A DNA stretch of 64,000 bases. Source: an uncultured Acidobacteriota bacterium. Lineage in GTDB: Bacteria > Acidobacteriota > UBA6911. Below, piece after piece: positions 19,594 to 30,439 of the stretch. Under the pieces are notes generated by a model that searched no databases, was not told the DNA's origin, and worked only from the letters and a program-made list of their open reading frames with translations. The position numbers and the translations under genes were made by a program. Where the stretch lies: NCBI GenBank assembly GCA_963827655.1, contig CAWHCF010000002.1, forward strand, positions 64,001 to 128,000, read 5' to 3'. The stretch's first letter is position 1; every line of letters begins with the position of its first letter.

Positions 19594-20376
19594 ATGCATC
19601 GGCGGCTTGAAGGGAAAGTGGCTCTCATCACCGGCGCCTCGCGCGGTATTGGACGAGCGACGGCGTCGGTTTTCGCGCGCGAAGGGGCGCGCCTGGCGCT
19701 GAACTATCTCAAGAATGCCGACTCGGCATTCCGGCTGGTGGAGGAGATTCAGAATGCAGGACAGGAGGCTCTCGCGCTCCAGGCGAATGTTGCCGATAAG
19801 CTTGAGGTCGGTGCGATGGTCGAGAAAGCCACGGCCGAGTTCGGCACTATCGATATCCTCATCAACAACGCCGGGATCCTTCACCTGGGTGAGTTGATGA
19901 CGCTGAAGGAAGAGGAATTCGACGACATGATCGCCGTGAACCTCAAAGGGGTGATCCACTGTGCGCAGGCGGTAGCGCCCCTCATGATGAAGCAGCGCTC
20001 CGGCAAGATCGTGAACATCTCATCCCTGGCGGCACTCGGGACCGCCGTGACCGGGACAACGCCTTACGGCGCCACCAAGGCGGCTGTCATTGCCCTGACC
20101 AAAAGGATGGCGCTCGAGCTGGGACCTCACGGCATTAATGTCAACGGCATCTGTCCCGGCTTTATCCGGACCGACATGATGGGGGCGGTCGTCGATGAGT
20201 CGGAGAGCGCGCGGCTGAGCGCTCTGGCGAAAAAAGCGATGCTCGGCCGGATCGGCGCCCCGGAAGATGTGGCCCGGTGCGCGCTCTTCTTGGCCAGCGA
20301 CGAAGCCAGCTTCATAACCGCCCAGGTAATTACCGTCGACGGCGGCCGGATGGATTTCCTCTCACATTCGGTCTGA
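19594..20376 (+). CDS. Classical short-chain dehydrogenase/reductase (FabG-like)
   Basis: TGASRGIG, NNAG, NISS, YGATK, PGFIRTDM. Confidence 0.92.
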   Translation: MHRRLEGKVALITGASRGIGRATASVFAREGARLALNYLKNADSAFRLVEEIQNAGQEALALQANVADKLEVGAMVEKATAEFGTIDILINNAGILHLGELMTLKEEEFDDMIAVNLKGVIHCAQAVAPLMMKQRSGKIVNISSLAALGTAVTGTTPYGATKAAVIALTKRMALELGPHGINVNGICPGFIRTDMMGAVVDESESARLSALAKKAMLGRIGAPEDVARCALFLASDEASFITAQVITVDGGRMDFLSHSV

Positions 20377-20424
20377 CCCTTAGCGTTTCTTTGTGTCTTC
20401 GATGTCTTGGTGGTATTTGTTCCG

Positions 20425-21038
20425 CTAGAGCGCGTCTCCTGTGGTCCCTCCATCCAGAGGATAGACCGGACGATCTGGTCAGGATTGGCCAGGCCGGGGC
20501 AGGCTGCCCACCTGTCGAGCGCCTCGTTGCCGAACCGGATGAGACCGATGTGCTGCGACTCGTCCCGGTCCACGGCCGGATCAGGGTCGAAGAAGCCCAG
20601 CTTGCGGCGGAGAACTTCCATCTGGGCACGCTTTCCCGTCAGGAAGAGCCAACCTGGTTTGATTCCGTGCATTTCGGCGTAATGCTTGAGCGCCTTGGGC
20701 GAATCCTGGTCCGGCTTGAGCGTTAGAGAATACATGAAAATATCCCGTCCGGCGCGGTCGCCCAGCGCTCTCTGCACCTTCACCAGGTTCGCGGTGATGC
20801 CCGGACACACGCCTTCACACTGCACGTATATCATGTTGATAACGACGATCTTGCCCTTGATCAGATCCGTGTAGAAACGCACTGGCTTGTTCTCATGAGT
20901 GCGCAGGACAAAGTCCGGAAAGTATCCGGCTCGTGGACCGCCGGCGTTGCCCGTTCGTTCTTTGGCTGGCCGCGGTGCGACAAAGCCGGAAGCGAGACGA
21001 GTCAGGGTTTCATTCACCAGCAAGCCCCTTCTGTTCAT
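20425..21038 (-). CDS. SCO family copper chaperone (true 3' end probably near 20425; as assembled the ORF reads on to 20127)
   Basis: CEGVC (CxxxC), SLTLKPDQDSPKALKHY, WLFLTG, conserved His (QHIG). After WMEG the ORF runs through a family A repeat and 250 bp antisense into the SDR gene. Confidence 0.8.
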
Positions 21039-21058
21039 GGCGCGGTCTCCTGTGACTA

Positions 21059-22687
21059 CTATGCCTCAATCTCGAACCAGACCATCATTGCATGATCTTC
21101 GTGGAGCATGTTGTGGCAGTGCATGACATACCTGCCGACAAAGTCCCGGAAGCGCATGAAGACCCTTGCGTTGTTGCCCGGAGCGAGTCGCAATATGTCT
21201 TTGCGCGCGAGCTCATCGACTGAGGGCGTGCGTCCGTTGCGTGAGAGAATCTGGAATTCCTCGAAGTGGATGTGAACCGGATGGCTCCAGTTGCCACCGC
21301 CTGTCTGCAAGACCCAGATCTCGGAGCTATCCTTTTTCACCAGCGCGTCGACGCGGTTACTATCAAAGAGTCTGCCGTTGATGGTCCAGGCTCCATTCCG
21401 GTTCCCGAAGTTCCAGGTCCGCGTGGCCACGACTTCGTTGCCATCGGCAAGAGGGAGGTCGCGCAACTTGGCGGGAACCAGACTCGGGTCCTCCGCATCG
21501 CGATCTACATCGAACCGCAGTATCGGGGTGCCGGGATCTTCTATAGCGTTCGCCGTAACAGGCCCGCGTCCGTTGTTTTGCCGCAGCCGGTTCTGTACGA
21601 AGATCTGGTCTCCGGGCTCGGCGTTCGAGAAATCTATGATCACATCGGCGCGCTCTGCCACTCCGAGACGGATGCTCGTTCGAATCAGTGGCTCGGGCAA
21701 AAGATTTCCGTCGTTGCCGATTTGAACAAATGATTGCCCGTTGCTCAGGAAGAATTCATAGAAACGCGCCGGCCCGCCATTCAACAACCGAAACCGGTAT
21801 TTGCGCCGAGCCACTCGAAAGAATGGCTGAATCTTCCCGTTGACCGTGAACTTGTCGCCGACAAAACCATTCAAGTCGAACTGGTCAAAAAACAATTCCC
21901 CGTCCGCGGTGAAGCGCCGGTCATTGAAGACCAGCGGTACGTCAAACTCGCCGCTCGGCAGCCGGAAAGCATTGGGGTTGGTATCGGTCTCGTCGCCGGA
22001 GTCCCGCTCGTCAAAAAGGAGGTAGAAGCCGGCCAGCCCCTTGTAGACGTTGGGCGCCGTGAAGTCGAGACGGTGGTCGTGATAAAAGAGCGTGCCCAGT
22101 GCCTCGCGCTCGTCGCCTCGCGGAGGGAAGGCGTCGTAACCCGCCAGGATATTCGGATAGTGGTGGTCCTTGAACTGACCGGGTTCATAAAAGTCGAGCG
22201 GAAAGCCATCGCTTTCCGACGCCGTGTGGCCGTTGTGCAGATGTGTGATGACCGAAGGAATACCGAAGCCAACGTGATTGGCCGGCAAATGGTTGCGAAA
22301 GCGCACCAGGATAGGTACGTCATATCGCTCGCGGAAAGTAGGGCCCGGGTGAATGCCGTTGAAGCCCCAGATCGGATTGAGAGGCAAGTCGCGGTGGAAA
22401 CTGTGGAGCGCCTCTACCATGGGAATCTCATAGAACTTTTGCGGCTGAAAATCGGCGTACCGCTGGTGACCGGCCGGGTGGGGCTCGGGGTCCAGCGACG
22501 GTACCGGCTCGGCGATGGGCGGAACAGGAAGCTCATCGACGAACGGTAAGGTTGGCGGGCTGACGGTTTGTGCGAGGGTGCGGCCGGATTTCGAGGCAAG
22601 GAACGCGACACTCCCCGCCACGAGTCCTGATCTAATCAACTCTCGCCTGCTCAGTCCTTTCTTGGTTTTCTGAGGTTTCTTGGACAT
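21059..22687 (-). CDS. Tat-exported multicopper oxidase (bilirubin oxidase/CotA-like)
   Basis: SRRELI Tat motif; HLHNG, YHDH, HPVHIH, HCHNMLHEDHAMM copper ligands. Confidence 0.93.
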   Translation of the reverse strand: MSKKPQKTKKGLSRRELIRSGLVAGSVAFLASKSGRTLAQTVSPPTLPFVDELPVPPIAEPVPSLDPEPHPAGHQRYADFQPQKFYEIPMVEALHSFHRDLPLNPIWGFNGIHPGPTFRERYDVPILVRFRNHLPANHVGFGIPSVITHLHNGHTASESDGFPLDFYEPGQFKDHHYPNILAGYDAFPPRGDEREALGTLFYHDHRLDFTAPNVYKGLAGFYLLFDERDSGDETDTNPNAFRLPSGEFDVPLVFNDRRFTADGELFFDQFDLNGFVGDKFTVNGKIQPFFRVARRKYRFRLLNGGPARFYEFFLSNGQSFVQIGNDGNLLPEPLIRTSIRLGVAERADVIIDFSNAEPGDQIFVQNRLRQNNGRGPVTANAIEDPGTPILRFDVDRDAEDPSLVPAKLRDLPLADGNEVVATRTWNFGNRNGAWTINGRLFDSNRVDALVKKDSSEIWVLQTGGGNWSHPVHIHFEEFQILSRNGRTPSVDELARKDILRLAPGNNARVFMRFRDFVGRYVMHCHNMLHEDHAMMVWFEIEA

Positions 22688-22711
22688 CGGATTTCTTCCC
22701 CAGGTTGGCCC

Positions 22712-23515
22712 TTAGTAAAAGAACAGCACTTTGGGAACAGCGTCTCTGCCGGGCGCTTTGAACAGATCCTTGGATGCCACACGATATCCCGAGAAAGACT
22801 CCCACACAATGCCCGTGATGGCCGCGGGATCGCCCTTGAGGTGGTAGCTGGATATCGCCAGCCGGGGGCGCCACCGCTTCAAGAGTTGTCGCCCGCCCCG
22901 AAGCGCCCTTTGTTCGGCGCCTTCGATGTCCATCTTGACGAAATCAATTTGCGGGAGCTTGAGACTCTCGACCAGGGCATCGAGCGTCGTTACCTCGACT
23001 GTTTCGTCCCCCTTATCATTGTGGGGGATTACCATGCTGTGGGAATCTCCCACGCGCGAAAGGTGGAGTGAAATCCGGCCGCTCGTATCCCACACGCCCT
23101 TTCGGATCAACTTGACTTTGCCGGTCCTCAGTTCCTGCGCCAGGTTTTTCTCGAAAGCGAGCAGGTTTGCCGGCTCCGGTTCGATGGCCACGACCAGGCG
23201 CGCGCCGGCGCGAAGCGCGACGCGAGTAAACCCACCGATGTGAGCGCCGCAGTCGATCACCACGTCACCGGGGCGTACGTGAGCATCGGGATGGTGATAT
23301 ACCTTTAGGACGGTCTGCTCCCACTCGAGATGTTTGATGACGTCTTTTCCCGGCCGCGGTATCCATAATTGGCCCAGGGCGGTCTGCCACAGCTCAAGTC
23401 CGGTGGCCGGATCTTCCTGCAGCAATACCGGCCCTGTCTGAACGCACCCGGTTGCCGCAACGGGCAGAGCCGCGGCCAGGAGAGCGCACCACACGAAAGA
23501 TGCCGCCTTTATCAT
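22712..23515 (-). CDS. FkbM family methyltransferase with lipoprotein-like signal
   Basis: IDCGAHIG, AIEPEP.N, TTLD, FVKMDIEGAE; N-terminal hydrophobic stretch ending in ATGC. Confidence 0.88.
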   Translation of the reverse strand: MIKAASFVWCALLAAALPVAATGCVQTGPVLLQEDPATGLELWQTALGQLWIPRPGKDVIKHLEWEQTVLKVYHHPDAHVRPGDVVIDCGAHIGGFTRVALRAGARLVVAIEPEPANLLAFEKNLAQELRTGKVKLIRKGVWDTSGRISLHLSRVGDSHSMVIPHNDKGDETVEVTTLDALVESLKLPQIDFVKMDIEGAEQRALRGGRQLLKRWRPRLAISSYHLKGDPAAITGIVWESFSGYRVASKDLFKAPGRDAVPKVLFFY

Positions 23516-23540
23516 CAGGAATTCTTCTCCAGCTTGTTGC

Positions 23541-23615
23541 TAGCGTTTCTTCGAGTCTTTGCGTCCTGGCGGTCGCTCCCTAACCACGAAGACGCGAAGA
23601 CTCAAAGAAACGCTA
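23541..23615. repeat. Family A repeat as an inverted pair (imperfect 33-bp hairpin)
   Basis: tagcgtttcttcgagtctttgcgtcctggcggt ... accacgaagacgcgaagactcaaagaaacgcta. Confidence 0.85.
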
Positions 23616-23619
23616 CCAG

Positions 23620-26358
23620 TCACCGGTCGGACGATTCCGGCTCGGCCAACCAGATGTTTCCAGTTTGCTCGCCGAGTGCGAACACAATCCGCCCTCGCCC
23701 GACAGCAGGACCAAAGGAAGCGCCCGCCAGCATGTTCGGCGAGCGGCGTGTTTCATGAAAGTGGTAGACAGCCATCGGCTCTCCACGCGGCCGTTTCGTG
23801 GACGGGTCCAGCGGCTGTGCCCAGATGCAGGGGTAACCGTCGCGCGTGGAAAGAAAGTACAGCAGATTGCCGTCCGGCGACCACCACGGCCGACGATTGG
23901 AGCCCGCCGCGTCAGTCACCGTGATCCATTCTGCTTCCCCCGCCGCTTTGCCTTCGCGCACCGGCGCAATTTTCAAAGGCTCGCTGACCGGACCTGGGAT
24001 GTGGAACGCCACCCACTTGCCGTCCGGCGACAGTTCGGCGCCGTGGATGTCGAGCGTTGGATGAGAGATCAGATCCCGGCTCTGGCGTGCCTCGAGATCG
24101 AACACCGAAAAACGGATCGGAGCGCCGTGCCAGTAAACAATCCGCTTCCCATCGGCACTCCAACCATAAACCGCAACCCCGCCGGGCGGATCCAGGAGCT
24201 TTGTTGCTTCTCCTCCCGCAGACTCCATCAGGAAGAGCGGCCCTCTACCGCGCGTTACGTAGGCGACCTTCGTTCCATCCGGCGACATCTTCGGCCGGGC
24301 CCGCCCTGTGCTAAGCACTCTTTCGGTTCCTGAGTCCATGTCGCGCAATCGCAGTTCTTCCGAACCAGGTCCACTCTGTAAATACACCAGCCGCCTGCCG
24401 TCGGCGGAAGATGTGGGCATGGCCTGGATCCCACCGGCATGATTCAGGGGTTGTGTCGGGCCTGCAACCTTGCCCGAGTCCAGATCCAGGGGAAGGCTCC
24501 AGAGGTGAGAGGCCCAAGTGCAGCTCTCAAAGACGAGCTTTGACGGGGTTGCCCGGACATTCGCCATCTCCGTCGTGCTGGAAGCAAGTTTCCGGAGTTC
24601 ACCAGGCTGCGGCAAACCCTTCTTGAACCCGATTGTGTAGATCGAGGACCCTGCGCTAAAGAACAGCGCATCTCCAATCCAATCGATCCGATACACAGAT
24701 CCTTCTCCTACACGGAAAACAAACGAAATCTTTTGTTCCCGAAGCAAGGAAATCAGCCCGGTCTTTACTGAGGCCGCTCCCTCAATAGAACCCAGCCAGA
24801 ATTCCATCGACGCAGAGTCGTTGGTTTTTGCGGCGCCGAGCACCAGAAGGTGCCGCCCGTCAGGTGACCACACTGGCAGACTGGTCCAGGGAATATCGGC
24901 CGCAATGCGCTTGGGCGTGCCTCCGCCGGAAGGTATAACGAAGACTTTCGCCTCGGACAAGAAGTTGGCGGCTGAATTGGACGATGTAGAATAAGCAACC
25001 CAGCGGCCATCCGGAGAAAAGCGCGGCGAACGCCCTCCGCGTACGAGCAAACGCTCTTCGCCTCCAAAGGAAGGAATCAGGTAGATTCCACCGCCATCGC
25101 GCCTGGAGTAGAACGCAATCTGGCCGCCGTCGGGCGAAAACGACGGCTCCATGTCGTCAGCCGGATTCTGCGTCAGGCGAATCGGCTGTGATCCTTGTGC
25201 CAGCGGCTGTACCCACAAGTCGAGGTTAGTACCGTTCGACGCCCGGTCCGACGCATACGCTGCCAGCTTGCCGTCTGGTGACAGCGCCGGTGTGGTTGTC
25301 AATCCACCGTCGGCCGTCAGCGGCCGCAGTTGCCATTCCACTGGGGTTGGTGCCGGGCGCAGGCGCCACCAAAGTGCCGCACCGGCCACGCCCAGCAACG
25401 CAGCAGCGGCCGCTGCCAGCACCCATCTTCGCGAGCCGCGCTGCTGTGGAGGCGCTGCGCCGAGATGTCCCGAATCGGATTCCTCCTTCAGCTCCTCCAG
25501 GGCAATCCTCACCTCTTTCATCACTGGAAGCGCCGCTCCGGGTCCTTGCGCAGGCAGCGCCGAATGATCTTCTCCAGATCCCGAGGTACCGTTGTCCCCA
25601 GCTCGCCGGCTGGTTTGGGTTCGCCTTGCAGAATGGCCGACAAGGTCGACAGCTTCGTCTCGCCCTGAAACGCCCGCCGTCCGGTACTCATCTCGTACAA
25701 CACGGAGCCAAACGAGAAAACGTCCGACCTGGCATCGAGTTTCTTTCCCTCGACCTGTTCCGGCGACATGTAGGACGGCGTCCCCACAATGGTGCCTTCG
25801 TCTGTCTTCGGCGCTGCGTCTTGCAGCGGTAGGGTGTTGGCCTCAGCGCCAGCCGTGTTCTGGTTCCAGCAGCTTGGCCAGGCCAAAGTCCACCACCTTT
25901 ACCCGTCCATCGTCGGTCACCATGATGTTCGACGGCTTCAGGTCCCTGTGCACAATGCCTGCGGCGTGAGCCTTCGACAAGGCGTCGGCGATTTGAATTG
26001 AGTATTTGAATGTGTCGGCCAGTGGTAAGGCTTTGCGGTGCAGCAACTGATCGAGCGTCTTGCCTTCGATCAACTCCATCGCGATGAAGTCGTGCTGGTC
26101 GTGCGAGGCAATGTCATAAATGGTGACAATGTGAGGATGGTTCAGCGCGGAAGCGGCTCGGGCTTCCTGCACAAAGCGTTTCTGACGTTCCGGATTGCTG
26201 ACCTTACCGGCAGGCAGCAGCTTCAGCGCCACGGGACGATTGAGGTGGGTATCGAGCGCCCGGTATACCACCCCCATGCCGCCTTGGCCGAGCTTCTCCT
26301 GAATCTGATAGTGAGACAAAGTTTGGCCAGTCAGTTCAGGTTCAGAGCTCTTAATCAT
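23620..26358 (-). CDS. Membrane Ser/Thr protein kinase with C-terminal PD40/TolB-like beta-propeller; split by apparent frameshifts near 25860 and 25522
   Basis: GQGGMGVVY, VALK, HRDLKPSN, DFGLAK | GTPSYMSPEQ, SDVFSFG | TM helix and repeated SPDG motifs, spread over three consecutive ORFs. Confidence 0.88.
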
Positions 26359-26536
26359 TTGGAGATAGTCTGATTATATATGAGTTCGTTCGCCGAACAA
26401 GAACGAATGCGGGTATCCGGATTCTTTACGAAGGCGCTATCCTTATGCAGAGCTTTTCTGACGAGTCGTTTTGTGAAAGAAAATGCCGCAGGGACTCAGG
26501 AGCACCACAATGAGGATGTTACTCTTTTGAGGAGTG

Positions 26537-27538
26537 TCACTTCCCTGTCACAACCCGGAATATCTGAATGCGCTTGTTCCCCTTATCGACAACGTACAGG
26601 TCGCCTCCCGCGCTGATCGCCACACTGGTAGGATTATTGAACGTTCCAGGCTGATCTCCTGAAGACCCAAATTCGCCTATATACTCGCCGCTGGAATGCA
26701 GAATTTGAATGCGATGATTATTGTAGTCGGCCACATAAAAGTTGCCGAATTGATCTGCCGTTATCCCGCTTGGATTTTGCAGCTCACCGGCACCCTTGCC
26801 TGGGCGTCCAAAGGCTCGCGCGAACATGCCAACCTTATCAAAAACCTGGATGCGGTGATTCTTGAAATCGCAGACGTAGATCACGTCGTCTTTGTCGATA
26901 AAAAGAGAAATCGGGCTATCGAACTCCCCTTCTCTCTTTCCGAACTTTCCAAACGATCTCAGGAATTTTCCGTTTTCGTCGAAAACTTGAACGCGGTGGT
27001 TGCCCCAATCCGCCACGTAGATTCTGTTATTTTTGTCTAAGGCTATGCCTCTGGGGTTCTTGAAGAACCCGGGGTCTTCGCCCCGTTTCCCGACCGACTT
27101 GGTGACATGGTGGGCCGTGTCTAATATCTGGATGCGATCGTTTCCCGTGTCCGCAACATAAAGATTCCCCGCATTATCTATAGCCACACCATCCACCCAG
27201 GCGAAGTCTCCCGGTCGATGACCTTTCTGTCCGATGCTTTCCACCAACCCTTTGGTTTTATCGAAGACAAGGATGCGGTGAGCCAGGTCATCGGCTACAT
27301 AAATACGATCGTCTGGACCTAGAGAAACTCCAAAGGGTCCAACAAAGTATTCACGACCTTTGTCGGCTTTAAGTTCCCCTGCGAACTGGATCTGGAGTTT
27401 TGAACCTTTCCAAGGGATAGAAAGGCTAAAACCGCGAGTTTCTTGGAAGAAAGCGAATCCTCCGGAAAGCGTCAAGAAAACTAGAAGAAAAGAAGATTTA
27501 AGCAGCACAACAAAACCGCAACAAAGCCCCGACACCAA
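26537..27538 (-). CDS. NHL-repeat six-bladed beta-propeller protein with N-terminal signal/anchor
   Basis: Six repeats of G..PG.F..P.GIA.D...IYVAD..NHRIQ.F. Confidence 0.9.
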   Translation of the reverse strand: MVSGLCCGFVVLLKSSFLLVFLTLSGGFAFFQETRGFSLSIPWKGSKLQIQFAGELKADKGREYFVGPFGVSLGPDDRIYVADDLAHRILVFDKTKGLVESIGQKGHRPGDFAWVDGVAIDNAGNLYVADTGNDRIQILDTAHHVTKSVGKRGEDPGFFKNPRGIALDKNNRIYVADWGNHRVQVFDENGKFLRSFGKFGKREGEFDSPISLFIDKDDVIYVCDFKNHRIQVFDKVGMFARAFGRPGKGAGELQNPSGITADQFGNFYVADYNNHRIQILHSSGEYIGEFGSSGDQPGTFNNPTSVAISAGGDLYVVDKGNKRIQIFRVVTGK

Positions 27539-27591
27539 TGGTTACCGCTTGGTTGAGTGCGAAACAAATACCACTAGGACACGAAGACACA

Positions 27592-30354
27592 CTAGCGCGC
27601 TCCGGCGGCGGGACGATCCGGTTTGCGCGGGGGAAGATCGTTGTGGAGCAGCACGCTGTTGAACAAGAGATTGAACTCGCCGTGATTCTGCCATCTGTAG
27701 CAGGGGTTGGTGGCGAAGAGAATCACGCGACCGGCCGACACCGGCACATCGAGAATCGCCGGCCGATTGCGAATCTCCGCCGGACCCCTCATGAGCCCGC
27801 TCAGCACGCTCTTGTCTCCGCCAGGAAAGCGCATCAAGACCTGCTGCTCGCGATCCTGCTCCGGAACTTGCAGCAGAGGTCCGTTGGCGTAGCGGACCGG
27901 AATCGCTCGCGCGACATAGCCATGGAACAGAGGATGGGCGGCGTGGGCGATCTCCGCCTCGACGATGGGTCCGGGCGCGTAGAATTGCGGGCTGGGCCGG
28001 GTCGCCTCGACCGTGCGGGCGATGCCAAACTCGGCGGGGAAGAAGCTTGCCGCACCCAGTGTCACGAGCGACCCGCCGGCTTCTACGAACCGCTGGATCT
28101 CCAGCGCTCCGGCCAGGCCCATACCCCCCGTGATGTCTTCGGATTCGCCGTACATCCCGAGGAAGCGAAATCTGTCGGTTCTGGTGTAAGCGACAGGCTT
28201 GTCTTTCGGGGCGATGTCGAAAACGAGCCCTTTCGCCGTGCGGCCTTGATTGGGGACGAGGATAACGTCGTAGGCGGAACGCAGATTGCCCTGCTTTACC
28301 CGCTCCTTGAAGATGAGATCGTAGGCCACCTCGAACTTGTCGAGCGCGTGCCGCACCCAGCCCACTTCCTGCGTGTTTCCCCACGTGCTGTAAACGGCCA
28401 GGCGCGGGAGGTCGAGCTCGTAAGTCTCAACTTCGGGGAGCTGCGCCAGGGCGCTGCCGGTGAGTCCGAGCTGCTCGACCAGGCTCCGGATCCGACGGTG
28501 AACCTCATCCCCTCGCGTGCCCGCGGCAATCACGTACGAGCCGCGAGGGAACTCCATCGAACCCGATTTGAACGCCTCTTTCGCCGCCAGGAATCTCAGG
28601 TCCTTCAACCGGTAGCGCAGAGTCACCATGTTGTTGGAACCATGGTGAGCGACTGCGTAATAAGGCGAGGCTTCACCGAGAAGATTCCCCGCGGGTTTGA
28701 TCTCGGTGACCGCTTCCACCGGGACGTTGAGCACAGCCTTGTCCGCGATCTCTTTGACCTCGGCCTGGAACATCAATCCCATGGTCCACCCGGTGTCATC
28801 GTAGGTGCGCAGATTGGGATCCGGTAGCTCCTGCTTCTCAAGCAGTATCTTGGCCAGACGTCCGTAAGGCTGGTCCCTTTTGACGACGTACGAACCCGCC
28901 GGAAACTTTCCCTCCTTGAGGGTGAACTCCGAACTCGCTCGGCCCACTTCAATTCCCTGTGTCCGCAGAATATTGACCAGCGCGGCGACCCGGGTCATGT
29001 CCCGCTGGCCGCCGGGCACTACATATCCGAACGGAGCATCCTTCTTCCCCGACTCGACCGAGTTGCGGCTCTTGCGGTAGAAATTATCGAGAACAACGCG
29101 TGGAAACGCCGCCGTCAGCTCGAGAGCCGTCAGGACGCCGGTCTGCATGTAATTCGTGTTGTTCCGCATCGACCATTCCACTTCCTTGTACGGCGGGAGC
29201 GGTCGATACCACTCGCGGCTGGTCTGGCCGGGACCCGTGGCATCCGGGGAGACAATCCGGCGCTTCATCGTGGTAGCTCCGCCGTTGCCGAAGGTTTCGT
29301 ACATCCGGAGCATGCCGTTGTGATTCGAGGACATGAACCCGAGATATCCCGGAGACCACATGTCCACAAAGGCATGAGTCCATACGCCGGGCATGCCGTA
29401 CTTGGTCATCTGGGCCATCTCGAAGTTCGAAAACCACGGAAGCTCGCCGTAAAGGATCGGATCGAGAGTGGGGTTTTGCGGAGCCTGTCCGCTGAACGTG
29501 TAGAGGAACGGCACCGACTCGTGGAGTTCATGCATTACCGGGGGGTGCCATTGGAGATACCAGTCCAGCAGCGTTCGCATCGTTACCTGGGAATAATTAA
29601 TGTCCCGATTGTTGTCGTGAAAGATGTACTTGCCCCAGTATGGTGGACCGCCCTGACGGTCCCGATCGTCGGTGATGTCGATCAGATGCCGGTAATACCA
29701 GTCGACGTAGCGGTCGCGCCCGTCGGGCTCTGCCACCGGCGTGATCGTGACGATCACGTTGTCGCGGATCGCACGGATGAATGGAGATTCGTCCACTGCG
29801 AGCCGATAGGCAAGTTCCATCAACATCTCGGGGGGCCCTGTTTCGCCACTGTGAAGGCCGCCGATCAAGTGGTAAATCGGCTTGGTCTTGCGGATGATTT
29901 CCTGCGCCTGGGCTTCGCTGATCGATCTGGGGTCGGCCAGCCGGGCCAGGTTGAGCCGGTTTTGCTCCAGATTCTGCAGGGACTCTTCGGACCCCACCAC
30001 GACTACGACACATTCGCGGTTTTCATCAGTCTTTCCGATCGGAAGCACCTTCACGCGCGGAGTCTTGGCAGCCAGTGTCCGGTAATAATTCAAGACAGAG
30101 CTGTAGTAGGTCAGCACCTTGGGCGCTCCGATGTAATACCCCAAGATATCCTTCGGCGACGGGATGCCCGGCGCAACGGGCAGATGATCGACCAGCGGAC
30201 TCATGAACTCAGGCAGCGTGGTCCATTCCTTGACCCGGCGTGCGAACTCCTCGTCCCGTGCCTGACTGGTGATCGAAAGCTCAGGGGACTGGGCGAGACT
30301 CGCAGTCGCGATCGCGAGACAAATAATCCAGAGCGCCGCTCGGGGAACGGACAT
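27592..30354 (-). CDS. M14 family zinc carboxypeptidase-like secreted protein
   Basis: Signal peptide; LHSGE (HxxE), EPDGRD, DNNRD, HELHE; glutamine-amidotransferase-like C-terminal domain. Confidence 0.88.
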   Translation of the reverse strand: MSVPRAALWIICLAIATASLAQSPELSITSQARDEEFARRVKEWTTLPEFMSPLVDHLPVAPGIPSPKDILGYYIGAPKVLTYYSSVLNYYRTLAAKTPRVKVLPIGKTDENRECVVVVVGSEESLQNLEQNRLNLARLADPRSISEAQAQEIIRKTKPIYHLIGGLHSGETGPPEMLMELAYRLAVDESPFIRAIRDNVIVTITPVAEPDGRDRYVDWYYRHLIDITDDRDRQGGPPYWGKYIFHDNNRDINYSQVTMRTLLDWYLQWHPPVMHELHESVPFLYTFSGQAPQNPTLDPILYGELPWFSNFEMAQMTKYGMPGVWTHAFVDMWSPGYLGFMSSNHNGMLRMYETFGNGGATTMKRRIVSPDATGPGQTSREWYRPLPPYKEVEWSMRNNTNYMQTGVLTALELTAAFPRVVLDNFYRKSRNSVESGKKDAPFGYVVPGGQRDMTRVAALVNILRTQGIEVGRASSEFTLKEGKFPAGSYVVKRDQPYGRLAKILLEKQELPDPNLRTYDDTGWTMGLMFQAEVKEIADKAVLNVPVEAVTEIKPAGNLLGEASPYYAVAHHGSNNMVTLRYRLKDLRFLAAKEAFKSGSMEFPRGSYVIAAGTRGDEVHRRIRSLVEQLGLTGSALAQLPEVETYELDLPRLAVYSTWGNTQEVGWVRHALDKFEVAYDLIFKERVKQGNLRSAYDVILVPNQGRTAKGLVFDIAPKDKPVAYTRTDRFRFLGMYGESEDITGGMGLAGALEIQRFVEAGGSLVTLGAASFFPAEFGIARTVEATRPSPQFYAPGPIVEAEIAHAAHPLFHGYVARAIPVRYANGPLLQVPEQDREQQVLMRFPGGDKSVLSGLMRGPAEIRNRPAILDVPVSAGRVILFATNPCYRWQNHGEFNLLFNSVLLHNDLPPRKPDRPAAGAR

Positions 30355-30439
30355 ACCAAAACTCCTTCGCCATGAATGGGTTCGAGTCTGCGGTATACTC
30401 TAGCGCACAATCGAAGTCAAGCGATGCAGCAGCCCAAAA

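Noticed and set aside
20127-20424. C-terminal extension of SCO overlapping the SDR gene
   Set aside because: It translates a repeat and the antisense of the SDR gene, so a missed stop near 20425 is more likely.
25515-25530. Selenocysteine or stop read-through at TGATGA in the kinase gene
   Set aside because: The protein continues in a different frame, and one missing G (CAG GTG ATG) explains it.
27538-30375. Long antisense ORFs (27538-28827, 29320-30375; likewise 10587-11768, 49667-50866, 60394-62361)
   Set aside because: They are shadows of well-supported high-GC genes on the other strand and carry no family motifs.
30375-30400. tRNA suggested by GGTTCGAGTC
   Set aside because: No cloverleaf can be formed around it.
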